This document shows positions 11,114-23,200 of a stretch of DNA of 64,000 bases, piece after piece. Location of the stretch: positions 1,088,001-1,152,000 of the forward strand of contig CBDFJR010000002.1 of assembly GCA_965248535.1 (NCBI GenBank). The letters run 5' to 3'. The notes under the pieces are model-generated. The model saw only the letters and a list, made by a program, of their open reading frames with translations. It was not told the DNA's origin and ran no database searches. How positions within the stretch are numbered: the first letter of the stretch is position 1; each line of letters starts with the position of its first letter. The position numbers and the translations under genes are program-made. This DNA comes from Phormidesmis sp. (GTDB lineage Bacteria; Cyanobacteriota; Cyanobacteriia; Leptolyngbyales; Leptolyngbyaceae).

Positions 11114-11136
11114 AGAATTCATCGAGAGGTCGGCGT

Positions 11137-11925
11137 GTGATTAACGAAAACAGCGAAGTCATTTTATCAGTTAAAGATCTGACGGCAGATGTCGGCGATA
11201 CTCAGATTCTTAAAGGGTTAAATCTGGAAATTAAAGCGGGTGAAATCCATGCCATCATGGGCCCTAATGGATCGGGAAAGAGCACCTTTTCTAAGCTTTT
11301 AGCAGGGCATCCGGCTTACAAAGTGACGGGGGGCGAAGTCACCTTTAGAGGACAAAATTTGTTGGAAATGGAGCCGGACGATCGGGCAAAATCCGGTGTG
11401 TTTCTCGCCTTTCAATATCCGTTAGAAATTCCGGGTGTTAGCAATCTGGACTTTTTGCGCGTCTCCTACAACGCCAAGCGCAAACAAGAAGGTTTAGAAG
11501 AACTCGATTCGTTTGACTTTGATGAGCTAGTTCGCACCAAGTTAGATTTGCTGAAAATGGATGCTGCTTTCCTCAGTCGCAGTGTGAATGAAGGCTTTTC
11601 TGGCGGTGAGAAGAAGCGCAACGAAATTCTGCAAATGGCGCTTTTAGAACCCAAGCTTGGCATTCTCGACGAGATCGATTCGGGTTTAGATATCGACGCG
11701 CTGAAGGTCGTCGCGAATGGAGTTAATCAGCTTAGAAAACCTGACAACGCGATTTTGATGATCACTCACTATCAGCGCTTGCTCGATTACATCGTCCCTG
11801 ATTTTGTGCACGTCATGGAAGGCGGACGCATTCTCACCACGGGCGGCAAAGAACTGGCGTTTGAGCTAGAGGCACGCGGCTATGAATGGGTGCGCGAAGA
11901 AGAAGCGGCGGAGGTGGCGCGATGA
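11137..11925 (+). CDS. sufC: Fe-S assembly ATPase SufC
   Basis: [35 protein letters not shown]. Confidence 0.97.
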   Translation: MINENSEVILSVKDLTADVGDTQILKGLNLEIKAGEIHAIMGPNGSGKSTFSKLLAGHPAYKVTGGEVTFRGQNLLEMEPDDRAKSGVFLAFQYPLEIPGVSNLDFLRVSYNAKRKQEGLEELDSFDFDELVRTKLDLLKMDAAFLSRSVNEGFSGGEKKRNEILQMALLEPKLGILDEIDSGLDIDALKVVANGVNQLRKPDNAILMITHYQRLLDYIVPDFVHVMEGGRILTTGGKELAFELEARGYEWVREEEAAEVAR

Positions 11926-13256
11926 GTATTGAAGTTTCTGCCCCGATCGAGCCAACCCTAAAAACAAGAGTCGATCGAGCCGCCTATCTCGCTGGCTTGC
12001 TAAAATTACGTCCTGAATTGTCAGAGGACTTGACTGATTTGCGGGGAGTGCGCGATCGGGCCCTCGCGATCGCTCAAGAGTTAGCAATTCCTACAAATCG
12101 CGATGAAGAATGGCGATTTACAGATTTGTCTTCGCTGGTGCAAATCAATTTTCAGTCGCCCGATCGGGCATCAATAAGTTTTGCTCAAATCGAGTCGTTC
12201 ATTTTGCCCGAAGCGGTTAATAGTCGCCTCGTGTTTGTAAATGGCGCTTACGCCCCTGACTTATCGGCTACAGATGATTTGCCCGAAGGCGTTTTAGTCA
12301 CTAACTTAAGCGTTGCAGTCCAGTTTTTGCCGTCCTTGCAGAATTATCTAGCAAAGCAGCAGGGCGCAGAAGAAGTGTTTACAGCATTGAATACGGCAAG
12401 CCTGATTGATGGCGCGATCGTCCACGTCCCCAAAAATCAAGTGGTCGAAACGCCGATTCAAATTCTTTTTGTATCCACGGTTGGAGATGATGCCACGATC
12501 GCCCATCCGCGCTGTCTCGTGATTGCAGAATCGGGCAGCAGCCTGACGTTGGTTGAAGAATATGTCTCGATCGGGGATGGTGGATATTTCACCAATGCCG
12601 TGACGGAGATCGCGATCGCCGAAAACGCGCAGGTGAGTCACACTAGAGTTCAGAGAGAAAGTGAGAGTGCGTTTCACATCGGCAAAACTGCCGTGTCTCA
12701 GGCTCGTGATTCTCGCTATGTCTGCAATGCGGTTAGTCTAGGCGCTAAGATTTCTCGCCACAATCCAGAAGTTTATCAAACAGGTGAGCAGACGCAAACT
12801 ACGCTCAACGGATTGATCATGATCAACGGTGAGCAAGTCGGCGACACTCACAGTAAGATTGCCTTCACCAAACCTCACGGAACGAGCAATCAGGTGCAGA
12901 AATGTATTGTCGGCGATCGGGCCCACGCCATTTTTAACGGCAAAGTCTCCGTCCCGCAAGCTGCACAATTGACGAATGCCGCTCAACTTAGCCGAAATTT
13001 GTTGCTCTCACCCAGAGCCAGAGTTGACACCAAACCTCAGCTAGAAATCACGGCGGATAATGTCAAATGTGCCCACGGTGCGACGGTTAGCCAACTCGAA
13101 GACGACGAAGTGTTTTATCTGCAAAGCCGAGGCTTAAATCAAGAAGAAGCCCGTAAATTGTTGACCTATGCGTTTGCGATCGAGATCATCAATCAAATTC
13201 CCGTTACGTCTCTCAAAAATAATCTGACGACCCTCATCCGAACTCAGCAACTCTAA
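11922..13256 (+). CDS. sufD: Fe-S assembly protein SufD
   Basis: [38 protein letters not shown] overlap with sufC. Confidence 0.95.
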   Translation: MSIEVSAPIEPTLKTRVDRAAYLAGLLKLRPELSEDLTDLRGVRDRALAIAQELAIPTNRDEEWRFTDLSSLVQINFQSPDRASISFAQIESFILPEAVNSRLVFVNGAYAPDLSATDDLPEGVLVTNLSVAVQFLPSLQNYLAKQQGAEEVFTALNTASLIDGAIVHVPKNQVVETPIQILFVSTVGDDATIAHPRCLVIAESGSSLTLVEEYVSIGDGGYFTNAVTEIAIAENAQVSHTRVQRESESAFHIGKTAVSQARDSRYVCNAVSLGAKISRHNPEVYQTGEQTQTTLNGLIMINGEQVGDTHSKIAFTKPHGTSNQVQKCIVGDRAHAIFNGKVSVPQAAQLTNAAQLSRNLLLSPRARVDTKPQLEITADNVKCAHGATVSQLEDDEVFYLQSRGLNQEEARKLLTYAFAIEIINQIPVTSLKNNLTTLIRTQQL

Positions 13257-13281
13257 ATCCCTCATTCCCCATCGATCTAAG

Positions 13282-14541
13282 ATGACTATTATTCAAGAAA
13301 AGACCATTGCCGCCAAAGTGCGATCGGACTTCCCGATCTTGCATCAGCAGATTCACGGCAAGCCACTGGTTTATCTCGATAATGCGGCAACTTCTCAGAA
13401 GCCGATCGCCGTTCTCGACGCGCTACGTCACTATTACGAACACGACAATGCTAATGTGCATCGCGGCGTTCATACCCTCAGTTCCCGCGCAACAGATGGC
13501 TATGAAGGCGCACGCGATAAAGTGGCTGCCTTTGTGAACGCGGCTTCTCGCCAAGAGATTGTCTACACGCGCAACGCCACCGAAGCGATTAACCTCGTCG
13601 CCTATTCCCAGGGAAGCACCTTAAAGTCGGGTGACGAAATCATTCTCTCGGTGATGGAGCATCACAGTAATCTGATTCCGTGGCAGATGTTGGCTCAAAG
13701 AACGGGAGCCGTGCTGAAGTTTGTCGGACTGACTGAAACCGAAGAATTTGACTTTGAGCAATTCAAGTCTTTGCTGTCAGATAAAACGAAGATTGTCTCG
13801 ATCGTCCACGTCTCTAATACATTAGGCTGCATTAATCCCGTTAAAGAAATTTGTGCAGAAGCGCATCGCTATGGCGCAAACGTCTTAGTGGATGCGTGTC
13901 AGAGTTTGCCGCACATGGCGATCGACGTGCAAGCGATCGACTGTGATTGGCTCGTCGGTTCGGGTCATAAAATGTGTGCCCCAACGGGAATCGGATTTCT
14001 CTACGGCAAACTGGATCTGCTGCGATCGATGCCTCCTTTTCTTGGCGGCGGCGAGATGATCGCCGATGTCTTTTTAGATCACGCCACCTATGCCGATCTG
14101 CCCCACAAATTTGAAGCCGGAACGCCAGCCATTGCCGAAGCGATCGGGCTAGGCGCAGCTGTCGATTATTTGACCCACATCGGCATGAATCAGATTCACG
14201 CCTACGAAGAAGAACTCACGGCTTATTTATTTCACAAGCTAAAAGAAATCCCTGAACTTCGCATTTATGGCCCAAAACCAAACGAGGACGGCAGCGGACG
14301 AGCGGCAATAGCAGCATTTACGGCAGGCGAGGTGCATCCTCACGATTTGTCTACGATCTTAGATCAGTCAGGTGTTGCGATTCGGGCAGGACATCACTGC
14401 ACCCAGCCGCTTCACCGCCATCTCAAAGCTCAATCAACCGCACGAGCTAGCTTATATTTCTATAACACTCGCGAAGAGATTGATGTCTTTGTTGCGTCGC
14501 TTAAAGAAGCCGTTGCCTTTTTTGGTGACATTTTTGGATAA
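13282..14541 (+). CDS. sufS: Cysteine desulfurase SufS
   Basis: [16 protein letters not shown] (PLP lysine), RAGHHCTQP (catalytic Cys). Confidence 0.97.
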   Translation: MTIIQEKTIAAKVRSDFPILHQQIHGKPLVYLDNAATSQKPIAVLDALRHYYEHDNANVHRGVHTLSSRATDGYEGARDKVAAFVNAASRQEIVYTRNATEAINLVAYSQGSTLKSGDEIILSVMEHHSNLIPWQMLAQRTGAVLKFVGLTETEEFDFEQFKSLLSDKTKIVSIVHVSNTLGCINPVKEICAEAHRYGANVLVDACQSLPHMAIDVQAIDCDWLVGSGHKMCAPTGIGFLYGKLDLLRSMPPFLGGGEMIADVFLDHATYADLPHKFEAGTPAIAEAIGLGAAVDYLTHIGMNQIHAYEEELTAYLFHKLKEIPELRIYGPKPNEDGSGRAAIAAFTAGEVHPHDLSTILDQSGVAIRAGHHCTQPLHRHLKAQSTARASLYFYNTREEIDVFVASLKEAVAFFGDIFG

Positions 14542-14663
14542 GTTCGCTCTTTTGGAGGGTGGCGATCGTGCCTAAAGATTGATGGTGACTTGAGGAAATC
14601 TCTGACACAATAACGCTTGATAGCCAGAAAAGTTGTCAAGCGTTTTTAGTGGGATTCAGAGAG

Positions 14664-15125
14664 ATGCTCAAATCGTGGATGGTAATCGGAGCCGTTACAT
14701 TTCTCGTTGCGTTTGGAAGCGGGATTATCAAACCCAAAGATGTGAAGTGGTTTGCTCGGTTGCGTCGCCCCAATTGGCTAACCTTTGAATTCTTAATTCC
14801 GATTATCTGGACGATTGTGTTTATCTGCGGTGCGTGGTCAGCCTACATCGTGTGGGAGCGCACTCAAAGCTGGGCATTAATGGCGTTTTATCTACTGGTA
14901 GAAGTGACGATCGTGCTCTATTCTCCCGTCATGCTATGGACTCGCAGACTCAACATCGGCACCGTGATCGGCGGAGTAGGATTCATTTTAGGGTTGATCT
15001 TGACGTTTTTTGTAATGCCAGTGTCTGGCACAGCAGCGCTTTTGTTGTTGCCCTATTTGATCTGGAGTCCGATCGGCACCTACACCACCTGGGAAATGAG
15101 CAAACTTAATCCTGAATCTGCATAA
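14664..15125 (+). CDS. tspO: TspO/MBR family tryptophan-rich sensory protein
   Basis: WFARLRRPNW...IWT, LLLPYLIW; 5 TM. Confidence 0.85.
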   Translation: MLKSWMVIGAVTFLVAFGSGIIKPKDVKWFARLRRPNWLTFEFLIPIIWTIVFICGAWSAYIVWERTQSWALMAFYLLVEVTIVLYSPVMLWTRRLNIGTVIGGVGFILGLILTFFVMPVSGTAALLLLPYLIWSPIGTYTTWEMSKLNPESA

Positions 15126-15180
15126 CCCTATCGCTCAATAGAGTTGTAGGATCGTAAGGGTGAAAATAAGGAGCAACTCT

Positions 15181-15603
15181 ATGACTCGCATCATCATGGA
15201 AACAGACAAGGGCACGATTCATCTTGATATGTTTGATCAAGATGCGCCCAAAACGATCAAGAACTTTGTAGAACTGGCCAACAAAGGCTTCTACGATGGA
15301 CTCAAGTTTCATCGGGTGATTCCCAACTTCATGGTTCAAGGCGGCTGCCCGTTAGGGACTGGCACAGGCGGCCCCGGCTACAAAATCAACTGCGAAATCA
15401 ACAAAAATAAGCACCTAGCAGGAACCCTATCAATGGCTCACGCAGGTCGCAACACAGGCGGAAGCCAGTTTTTCATCTGTCATTCGCCCCAACCTCACCT
15501 TGATGGACAACACACGACCTTTGGGCAAACCCAAGATATGGATGTCGTTAACGCGATCCGTCAGGGTGACAAAATCATCTCGGTGAAGGTCGAAGCGCCG
15601 TAA
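15181..15603 (+). CDS. Cyclophilin-type peptidyl-prolyl isomerase
   Basis: [48 protein letters not shown]. Confidence 0.95.
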   Translation: MTRIIMETDKGTIHLDMFDQDAPKTIKNFVELANKGFYDGLKFHRVIPNFMVQGGCPLGTGTGGPGYKINCEINKNKHLAGTLSMAHAGRNTGGSQFFICHSPQPHLDGQHTTFGQTQDMDVVNAIRQGDKIISVKVEAP

Positions 15604-15872
15604 TTCTTGGAGCTTTAAACGGCGATCGCTGATGGTCGCTGACAGCTTGTATCTTTCTCAACAAGCCTAGGTTTTGCCCCCTGATCCTCTAATTTTTTAG
15701 GGGGCTTTTTAAGAATATTCTACGGTTGCTTGTTTGCAAAAACGCTTCACCTATCGGTCGATTGGTGAATCAGAGCGCAGCGATCGCGCCACTGTCCATC
15801 AACTATCAAGCCCCTGTATTATCTATTTGGCGAGCTACATAATTAGTGGGACGGGGTTTTTTAAAAGACACG

Positions 15873-18623
15873 ATGAAGATCCTTTTAGTAGACGATGACC
15901 AGCAGTTTTCTGATCAACTCAAAGCTTCACTAACCGCTTGCTACTATACCGTAGACACCGCGATCGATGGGCAAGAAGGCTGGAATCTCGTCGAAACCTT
16001 TGACTATGACTTGATTTTGCTAGACATCTTGTTGCCAAAACTGGATGGAATTAGTTTTTGCCGACGGCTGCGAGCCAAGGGCAGCCAAACGTTAGTTCTA
16101 CTTCTAACAGCTAGAAGCACCAGTCATGACAAGATTCTGGGGCTTGATGCCGGAGCCGACGACTATGTGGTTAAACCGATAGGGTTTCAAGAACTAGAAG
16201 CTCGCATTCGCGCCCTGCTGCGTCGAAAGACTACCGCAACCGCTCCCAGACTAGAATGGGGCAATTTAAGACTTGATTCTAAAAGTGGTGAGGTCACCTA
16301 TAATCATGCGTCTTTGAGTCTAACTCGCAAAGAGTATGGGCTATTAGAGTTATTTTTGCGAAACCCCGATCGCATCTTTAGCCACAGTGCGATTCTGACC
16401 CAGCTATGGTCGTTTGAGAGTGACATCCCTGGAGAAGAGACGGTCAGAGCACACATCAAACGGCTCAGGCAGAAACTCAAAGGACTAGGAGCCTCTGATT
16501 TGATCGAAACGGTCTATGGGCTGGGCTATCGGTTGAATTCCGATTCCCACAAAAATCCGACTGCTAGCGAGTCTCAACCTAAAAGCAGCCAAAACACCCG
16601 CCCGATCGTCAAACCTGACCTAGCCGTGTCTCAACCGCTAGCGGTGAATGACTGGGAAACCACTAAGCGCAACCTGATTGAACGAACGGCAATTTTAGAG
16701 CAGGCGACCCGATCGCTGTCTCAAAATTTGCTAACAGATGATGTGCGACAGAGAGCACAACAAGAATGCCACAAGCTGATTGGCTCTTTAGGGCTGTTAG
16801 GTTTGCCAGCAGGCTCAGAACTTGTTCAACAAATTCAGCCGCAGCTACAGCGACAACTGTTGCTTAAACCAAAACAATTACAGTGGCTCTGCGAACAGGT
16901 AGCTACGTTACAAAACCTGATTAAAAACGCTGCTGACCCCAAAGATTCTAACGTTAATCAACATGAACTAGAGACACAACCACGATCGCTTCTCATCAGT
17001 GATGATCAAGAATTTGGAAGTCTTCTGGTTGCAGAAGCAACAACACGGGGACTACACCTCTTAGTAATGGCTAATATGCAGTTAGCAAAAGATGCCATTC
17101 AGCGAGTTTGCCCTGATGTGTTGCTGTTAGATTTGTCTACACCTGAGCGCTATAGAGCAGGATTGCTCCTATTAGAAGGCCTCTCTCAAGAAACGCCTTC
17201 GCTGCCCGTGATTGTCTTGATGGACAGTGCTCAGGTAACTGACCGCTTGACGATCGCTCGTCATAACGGCCGGGGAATTTTTCCAAAATCGATCGCCCCT
17301 GCTCGGATTTTAGAGGTTTTGGCTCAAACTCTAGAGCCACCTAAAAACAGCGAAGCCAAAATTCTAATCGTGGATGACGATCCAATTTTTCTACGATTGC
17401 TAAAAGCCATATTAAAGCCTTGGGGCTTACAAGTCACCACGCTCAAAAATCCCTTAGAGTTTTGGGACGAGTTGCAATCTATTAGACCCGACTTGTTAAT
17501 ATTAGACGTGCAAATGCCAGATGTAGACGGCATTGAGTTGTGTCGAATGCTTCGCAACGATTCTGACTGGGCGTGGCTCCCGGTTTTGTTTCTCACAGGG
17601 CACAAAGATACCGACACCATTCAACAGCTTTTTGCAGCGGGCGCAGATGACTATATTAGCAAACCTGTTGTTCCACCAGAGATCATCACCCGCATTCTAA
17701 ACCGTTTAGAACGGACGCGATTGCTTCGTAATCAAGCCGAAGTAGATGGGCTGACTCGCCTGTCAAATCGATCGCGGGCCACCCAAGACATCATCAATTT
17801 CCTGCACTTATCAAAGCAATATCAACAGCCTTTTTGTCTGGCAGTTTTAGAACTAGATAATCTAAAGCAGGTCAATCATCAATATGACCATAGGCTGGGT
17901 GATCAAATTCTATATCAAACGGCTCGTCTCTTGCGGCAAGCCTTCCGCAGTCAAGATGTGGTGTCGCGCTGGGATGGAGCAGAGTTTGTCATTGGCATGT
18001 ATGGCATCACTCGCCGAGACGGGGTGGAGTGGCTATCTGAGGTGCTAGAGTCTCTGCGTCAAGTAGAATTTTTAAGCTCTGATGGGGGGGTGACGCAGGC
18101 AAGTTTTAGCGTCGGAGTGTCTCAATATCCAGAAGATGGAACAGGATTGCAGACGCTCTATCAAACCACCAGAGTTGCTTTAGAGCAGGCAAAAGGTGTG
18201 GGCGGCGATCGGGTGTTGCCCGTTACCTGGCAGTCGTCGCCTACTCAACTTGATGTGATCTTGCTGCATCAAGATACGCCCTTTGCTCAGTCTCTCTTGA
18301 AGGCGCTAACAACGCGGGGCTACCATAGCCACTGGCTGCAAGGTGGAATGGCGGTAGACGCAATCTTAAAAGATGGTCAGAACAGTCTCTTTTCCCAGAG
18401 TCGTGCGATTCTAATTGAGGCAAACTTGCCGGGCTTAAGCGGACTGGAACTGATCAAACGGTTGAGAAAGCGTAACATCAATCAGCGATCGCGGTTAATC
18501 CTGCTGTCTACTCAACCGAGCGAAGCCGAAGCAGCAATGAATTTAGGATGTTTTGATTACGTCAATCTACCCTGTAGCTTAACCACCCTCATTGCTCACT
18601 TGCGTCGAGCTATAGAGGCATAA
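15873..18623 (+). CDS. Multidomain response regulator REC-wHTH(OmpR)-HPt-REC-REC-GGDEF(degenerate)-REC
   Basis: ILLVDDD/LLDILLP, ETVYGLGYRL, CHKLIGS (HPt), LDVQMP, DGLTRLSNR...RWDGAEF. Confidence 0.85.
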   Translation: MKILLVDDDQQFSDQLKASLTACYYTVDTAIDGQEGWNLVETFDYDLILLDILLPKLDGISFCRRLRAKGSQTLVLLLTARSTSHDKILGLDAGADDYVVKPIGFQELEARIRALLRRKTTATAPRLEWGNLRLDSKSGEVTYNHASLSLTRKEYGLLELFLRNPDRIFSHSAILTQLWSFESDIPGEETVRAHIKRLRQKLKGLGASDLIETVYGLGYRLNSDSHKNPTASESQPKSSQNTRPIVKPDLAVSQPLAVNDWETTKRNLIERTAILEQATRSLSQNLLTDDVRQRAQQECHKLIGSLGLLGLPAGSELVQQIQPQLQRQLLLKPKQLQWLCEQVATLQNLIKNAADPKDSNVNQHELETQPRSLLISDDQEFGSLLVAEATTRGLHLLVMANMQLAKDAIQRVCPDVLLLDLSTPERYRAGLLLLEGLSQETPSLPVIVLMDSAQVTDRLTIARHNGRGIFPKSIAPARILEVLAQTLEPPKNSEAKILIVDDDPIFLRLLKAILKPWGLQVTTLKNPLEFWDELQSIRPDLLILDVQMPDVDGIELCRMLRNDSDWAWLPVLFLTGHKDTDTIQQLFAAGADDYISKPVVPPEIITRILNRLERTRLLRNQAEVDGLTRLSNRSRATQDIINFLHLSKQYQQPFCLAVLELDNLKQVNHQYDHRLGDQILYQTARLLRQAFRSQDVVSRWDGAEFVIGMYGITRRDGVEWLSEVLESLRQVEFLSSDGGVTQASFSVGVSQYPEDGTGLQTLYQTTRVALEQAKGVGGDRVLPVTWQSSPTQLDVILLHQDTPFAQSLLKALTTRGYHSHWLQGGMAVDAILKDGQNSLFSQSRAILIEANLPGLSGLELIKRLRKRNINQRSRLILLSTQPSEAEAAMNLGCFDYVNLPCSLTTLIAHLRRAIEA

Positions 18624-18644
18624 AATTTTGGCTTCAGTCTCAGA

Positions 18645-19760
18645 TCAGGATTTCTGCTTTCGAGCCGTGATATCTCTAACAACTCCTTCATAAAACAGCA
18701 AGTCTCCCCGCGCATCATGCACCTTGCGGACTGTCTCAGCGATCCAGATAACGCTGCCATCTTTGCGATAGACCTGCGAATCAAAATCAGAGACGGTTTC
18801 CTGCTGTTCTAAACAGGCAACAAACTCCTCTCGTCGCTGCGGTTGCACATAAAGCTGTTGAGCAATGTTATTAATCGTTTGGATCAAATCGTCAGGAGAC
18901 GCATATCCATAAATTCGAGCTAAGGCTGGGTTTGCATTCAAATACATGCCATCACGAGTGGTTTGAAAGATGCCGTCGATAGCGTTCTCAAAGATGCTGT
19001 GATAGTTTGCTTCTGCGTTTCTACAGTCCTGAATACTTTGCTCTAACCTAATATTTTGCTCTTCTAATCTTTTTTGCAGCATCCGAATATTTAGCTGATG
19101 CTCAACTCGTGCTAGCACCTCTTCCATTTGAAACGGTTTAGGAATGTAGTCCGTTCCCCCCACTTCAAAAGCTTTTACTTTGTCGAGCGAGTTATTGAGG
19201 GTGCTGATAAAAATGACTGGAATCTCACGTGTTAAAGTGTTGGCTTTAAGACGACCACAGACTTGATAGCCATCTAGACCTGGCATCATGATGTCGAGCA
19301 AAATCAGGTCGGGTTTTAGTTCGATCGCGGTAGGCAAGGCCGCGATGCTACTGGTTGCATGACCCACTTCATAGCCGTGCTTAGACAATGCAGCCGAAAG
19401 AAGACGCACATTTAGGCAAGCATCATCCACAATCAAGATCGTGCCACGATGAGTAGATTCGCGCAGCTTAAACCCTAATAGCCAAAAGATAGTTTGTTCG
19501 GCATTTCTCAGTTCTTGACGATGTTTAGCTCCCTGGGTGGTTAAAGCTTGATGAAGAACTGCCAAATGCTCTAGCCGCTCGATCGCTGCATTCACTTTCT
19601 GGTCTTCTAAATACAAGCTTTCGATCACTGCATTTAAATCGCTCAAAGAATCTGCCTTGAGTCCAGCTCCTGTGGCAATTACAGAGCTTATTTGATCAAG
19701 GTTTTGGTGCAACAGTTTTCGGATTTGATAGCTTGTAGCCAGCGAAAGTTGTTTCCGCAT
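18645..19760 (-). CDS. Response regulator with REC and PAS domains, no output domain
   Basis: ILIVDD, LLDIMMP, YIPKPF, then IFENAIDGIFQT...NPALARIYGY...RKDGSVIW...RDIT ending the protein. Confidence 0.85.
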   Translation of the reverse strand: MRKQLSLATSYQIRKLLHQNLDQISSVIATGAGLKADSLSDLNAVIESLYLEDQKVNAAIERLEHLAVLHQALTTQGAKHRQELRNAEQTIFWLLGFKLRESTHRGTILIVDDACLNVRLLSAALSKHGYEVGHATSSIAALPTAIELKPDLILLDIMMPGLDGYQVCGRLKANTLTREIPVIFISTLNNSLDKVKAFEVGGTDYIPKPFQMEEVLARVEHQLNIRMLQKRLEEQNIRLEQSIQDCRNAEANYHSIFENAIDGIFQTTRDGMYLNANPALARIYGYASPDDLIQTINNIAQQLYVQPQRREEFVACLEQQETVSDFDSQVYRKDGSVIWIAETVRKVHDARGDLLFYEGVVRDITARKQKS

Positions 19761-19821
19761 AAGCTGAATAAGTATTAATTTAAAGTCTCAATTGAGTGTT
19801 CCCGTGAGCAAAATAAACGCA

Positions 19822-20238
19822 TTAAATTCTGTCAGAGCTTAAGATTTGCTGAACCGCGGACTTCAGGTGGTCATATTCCAATTTGAGCAATAAAAACTTC
19901 TCGTTACAGGTTTCGGTAGATTCTAGCTGCACACTGATTTCTAGATCTTGACAAGCGCGAGAAAATCGAATCGCACCAAAAGCAGAACTACTGAACTTTA
20001 AACTGCTTGCAAGTTTCCGAGCTTCATCCACTTCACCAAGGTCGATCGCGTGCCCAATAGCCTGTAAAAGACTAGAAAATTCGGCAAGATAATGATCTGT
20101 AAATTCAGACAAAACTTTTGTCGAGTTTTCACCGCTAACGTGTTTCAAAAACCTCAAGACATTGGGAACCAAGATGAGTAAATCTAAGTGCGGAGGGCTG
20201 ACTACAGGTTTAGAATTGCCGTCTAAAGAATCCAACAT
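19822..20238 (-). CDS. HPt-like phosphotransfer domain protein (canonical His apparently Ser)
   Basis: LASSLKFSSSAFGAIRFSRACQDLE resembles the HPt AHxLKGSSxxxGA motif but lacks the His. Confidence 0.6.
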   Translation of the reverse strand: MLDSLDGNSKPVVSPPHLDLLILVPNVLRFLKHVSGENSTKVLSEFTDHYLAEFSSLLQAIGHAIDLGEVDEARKLASSLKFSSSAFGAIRFSRACQDLEISVQLESTETCNEKFLLLKLEYDHLKSAVQQILSSDRI

Positions 20239-20286
20239 CTAATCGATCGCCTTTGTACTGTAGAAATCGCGGGTTATAAGAGTCGA

Positions 20287-23200
20287 TTAATCAACTTTTG
20301 CACGGAATCGGAAGAAGCCGTAAGAGGATGCCGGGACGCTATTCACCGACTGGACGGCTCCAACTTGCAGATGCACTGCACCACGACTGTTGTTAGTGCC
20401 AGTGCAACTGCTGGGAAACGTCGTTGGGAAAAAGCCGCTTCCTGCACCAGAACCTGGGCCATCAGTGATCGGAGTTGTTGTGCCATTAAAGTTAAGCTGA
20501 ATTGAGCCACTCACAAAGGTTTGCTTGTTAGGCACAAAGTCACAAAGGTCAACCCCGCCTGCCGTCATTGCACCATCTGACAGAAAGTAAATCGTGTATT
20601 CAACTTCATCACTAGGAGCAGGTGCACCGGGAGTCGGGGTGGGCACTTGAGCCGTATTGATTGCGCCTAAAAGATAGCTGCTGCTGCCACCAGGCCAATT
20701 TACCCCTGGGTTGTCGTTGTTGTCGGTGGCTAAATTGTTATACCCGGCGATCGCTGTGACTGTTCCGCTACCATTCTTTTTGATGCCAGTAATCCGTTTA
20801 ACTAACCGTAATCGTGGGCCGATGTTAGTCAGGGTGGGATCACCCACAGCAGGGGTGCCGGGATCGTTACTGAGCAGATTGGCGAAGCCTGCACTAGTAA
20901 TCATTGCTTGGTTGGAAAGCTGTGTCGTGCCGCTAGGAGTCACAGGATCTTTAATGGTAACCCGGAACTTAACCGTGGTCGTGTTGTTCGCGGCAGCAGT
21001 TCCTAGAGTCCCTCCGGCTGTGCCGTTGGCACCTGTTCCTAGCCGGAACACAACCTGCGAAGCGCTCGCCTCAGCCTGATCGTCTGCACTCGCATCTGTT
21101 TTGGTACCAGCATTGGCTCCGGCGGAGATCTGCAATGAGCCTGGAAGATAAATAGTGTTGGTAGGAATAGGATCGGTCAGTACCACGCTATTAACTGAAG
21201 TCGTAGTGCTCGTGTTTTTAACAACTAGGGTGTACTCTAGAATATCTCCAGGGGTTGCCACCTGACTAGCAAGCGGAGTGGCTCCACCCGATCCGTCACT
21301 ATCCACCGCGACCACTGCTGTTTTATCGACTTGCAGAGGGCTAGCGGGCGCGATCGTCACGTCTTCTGCCTTGTTAGCTGCCACGGTGCCATCGTAGCTG
21401 GAGGTCAATGCGGCAGCGTTCACATTGACCGTTGTCACATTTGCGCTAGCATTGGTATATTTGGCATCGGCTGTCGCACTGTTGTTATAGGTTGCAGAAG
21501 CGGTGCCGCTCGCGATTGTGACCGTAAAGGTAACAGAAACACTTCCGCCAGGTGGAATCGTAAACCCTGACCAAGAGGGCTTAGAAGTAGTTCCTGCGGT
21601 TGTCACAGAAGCGGGCCCTGTGGCCCCCCCTGAATAGACTGGGGTGACTGTACCTGAACTATTGGTGAACCCAGTGGGCAATCCTGCGTCAGCAATGACG
21701 ACATTCTGAGCGGTGGGCCGTTTTGCCCCGATCGGGTTACTAGCGGTAATCGTGTAAGTCGCTGTCCCTGGGGCAGCCATTGGGCCGGGAGTTGACGTTG
21801 ATTTAGTTGCAGCGATCGTGCATCCTGCTCCTGAAATGCTAGTCACTGCGTCTGTAGCTGTCGAGTTAACCGGGCCCGCTACTCCATTGCCTGCGGTCGC
21901 ACCACCAAAATTCGTCGAGTCATTCAGCGTCGTCCCTGATTGCCCCCCATTCAGAACAGTTGTTGCACCGGGACTGTAGTAAACTACCCCCCCAGCACCG
22001 CCGCCGCCGGGACCGTGGGGAGCGCCACCGCCAGTGTTCGTCCCCCCCTTGCCGCCATTGGCACTAACGGTAAGTCCGGCAGTGCTACCCGTTTGTGAAA
22101 TAACCAGAACACTTCCGCCCGCGCCGCCGCCGCCACTGCCATCGTTATCAGGAATCAACGCTGGGGTGGCACCATTGGCACTAATAGTCCCTGCGGTCGC
22201 GATCGTGCCTGTCCGCAGCAAGACGATACCACCCCCAGGCGCACCGCTACTGGCTAACCCGTTACCTGGGGTGCCAGTTCCGTTATTCGTATTACCTGCG
22301 CCTCCACCACCCCCCAGAACTAGGCGGCTAGCAGACGCTGGAAAAGGGGCACCACCATCGCCACCGAGTGGTAGCGCACTATTCCAGGTTCTACCACCTT
22401 TACCGCCCAGTCCTCCATTACCGCCGCCCGCGCCGCCCGCGTTTTCGTCGTTAGCAGAGGGATTTCCATCCACAGCCCCGCCCCCTGCGTTTCCAGGTGC
22501 GCCGCGGCCATAGCTGCCGTTTGGGTAACCTTCTGTTGCATTGGTGATTAATGTGTTTGCGGTAGGATCGAACAAATATTTGGGCGTACCTGCCGTTCCT
22601 TCACCCTTGGAACCGTTGTTGGCACGAGTAGAAACAGAAACGACATCTGCATTACTTCCAGCACCCCCTCCTAACTGAACACCACCACCGCCTCGAAAGC
22701 CTTGACCATTGACGTTGATTTGTCCCCCGCTGAAGGAGATCGCACCTGCAACGTCCATTGCGACTACCCCTCCCGTGGTTCCATCCCAGGGGATCGCTGA
22801 TATGGTGCCGCTAACCGTCAAATTGCCATACTGCGGCACCCGAATCACCTGAAACCGCCTTTGTCCTTGACTACTGCCCCCTGTATTGTTAGCAGTAACG
22901 TAGCTGTTAACCAGAGGTGAACTAATATTGATAGTACCACCACTGGCTGCAACAGCGTTAGTAGCCACCACATACTCAAAGTTCCCAGCAGTAAAATTAG
23001 AGGCGAGGTTGCCATTGACGGTGCCGTTAGCAGCGTAGGGAGCCGCAGTTGATCCATTGTTAGTAGAACTGCCATCCCCGTAGGCGGCAGTGTTCGTCGC
23101 GTCAATGTCTGCTCCCTGCATTTGGATAACTAGCAGCAAGTCGCCGGGTTTGATTGAGGTTGAAAATCCTTTTGCAGTGCCTACAGCAATGCTGGTCGTC

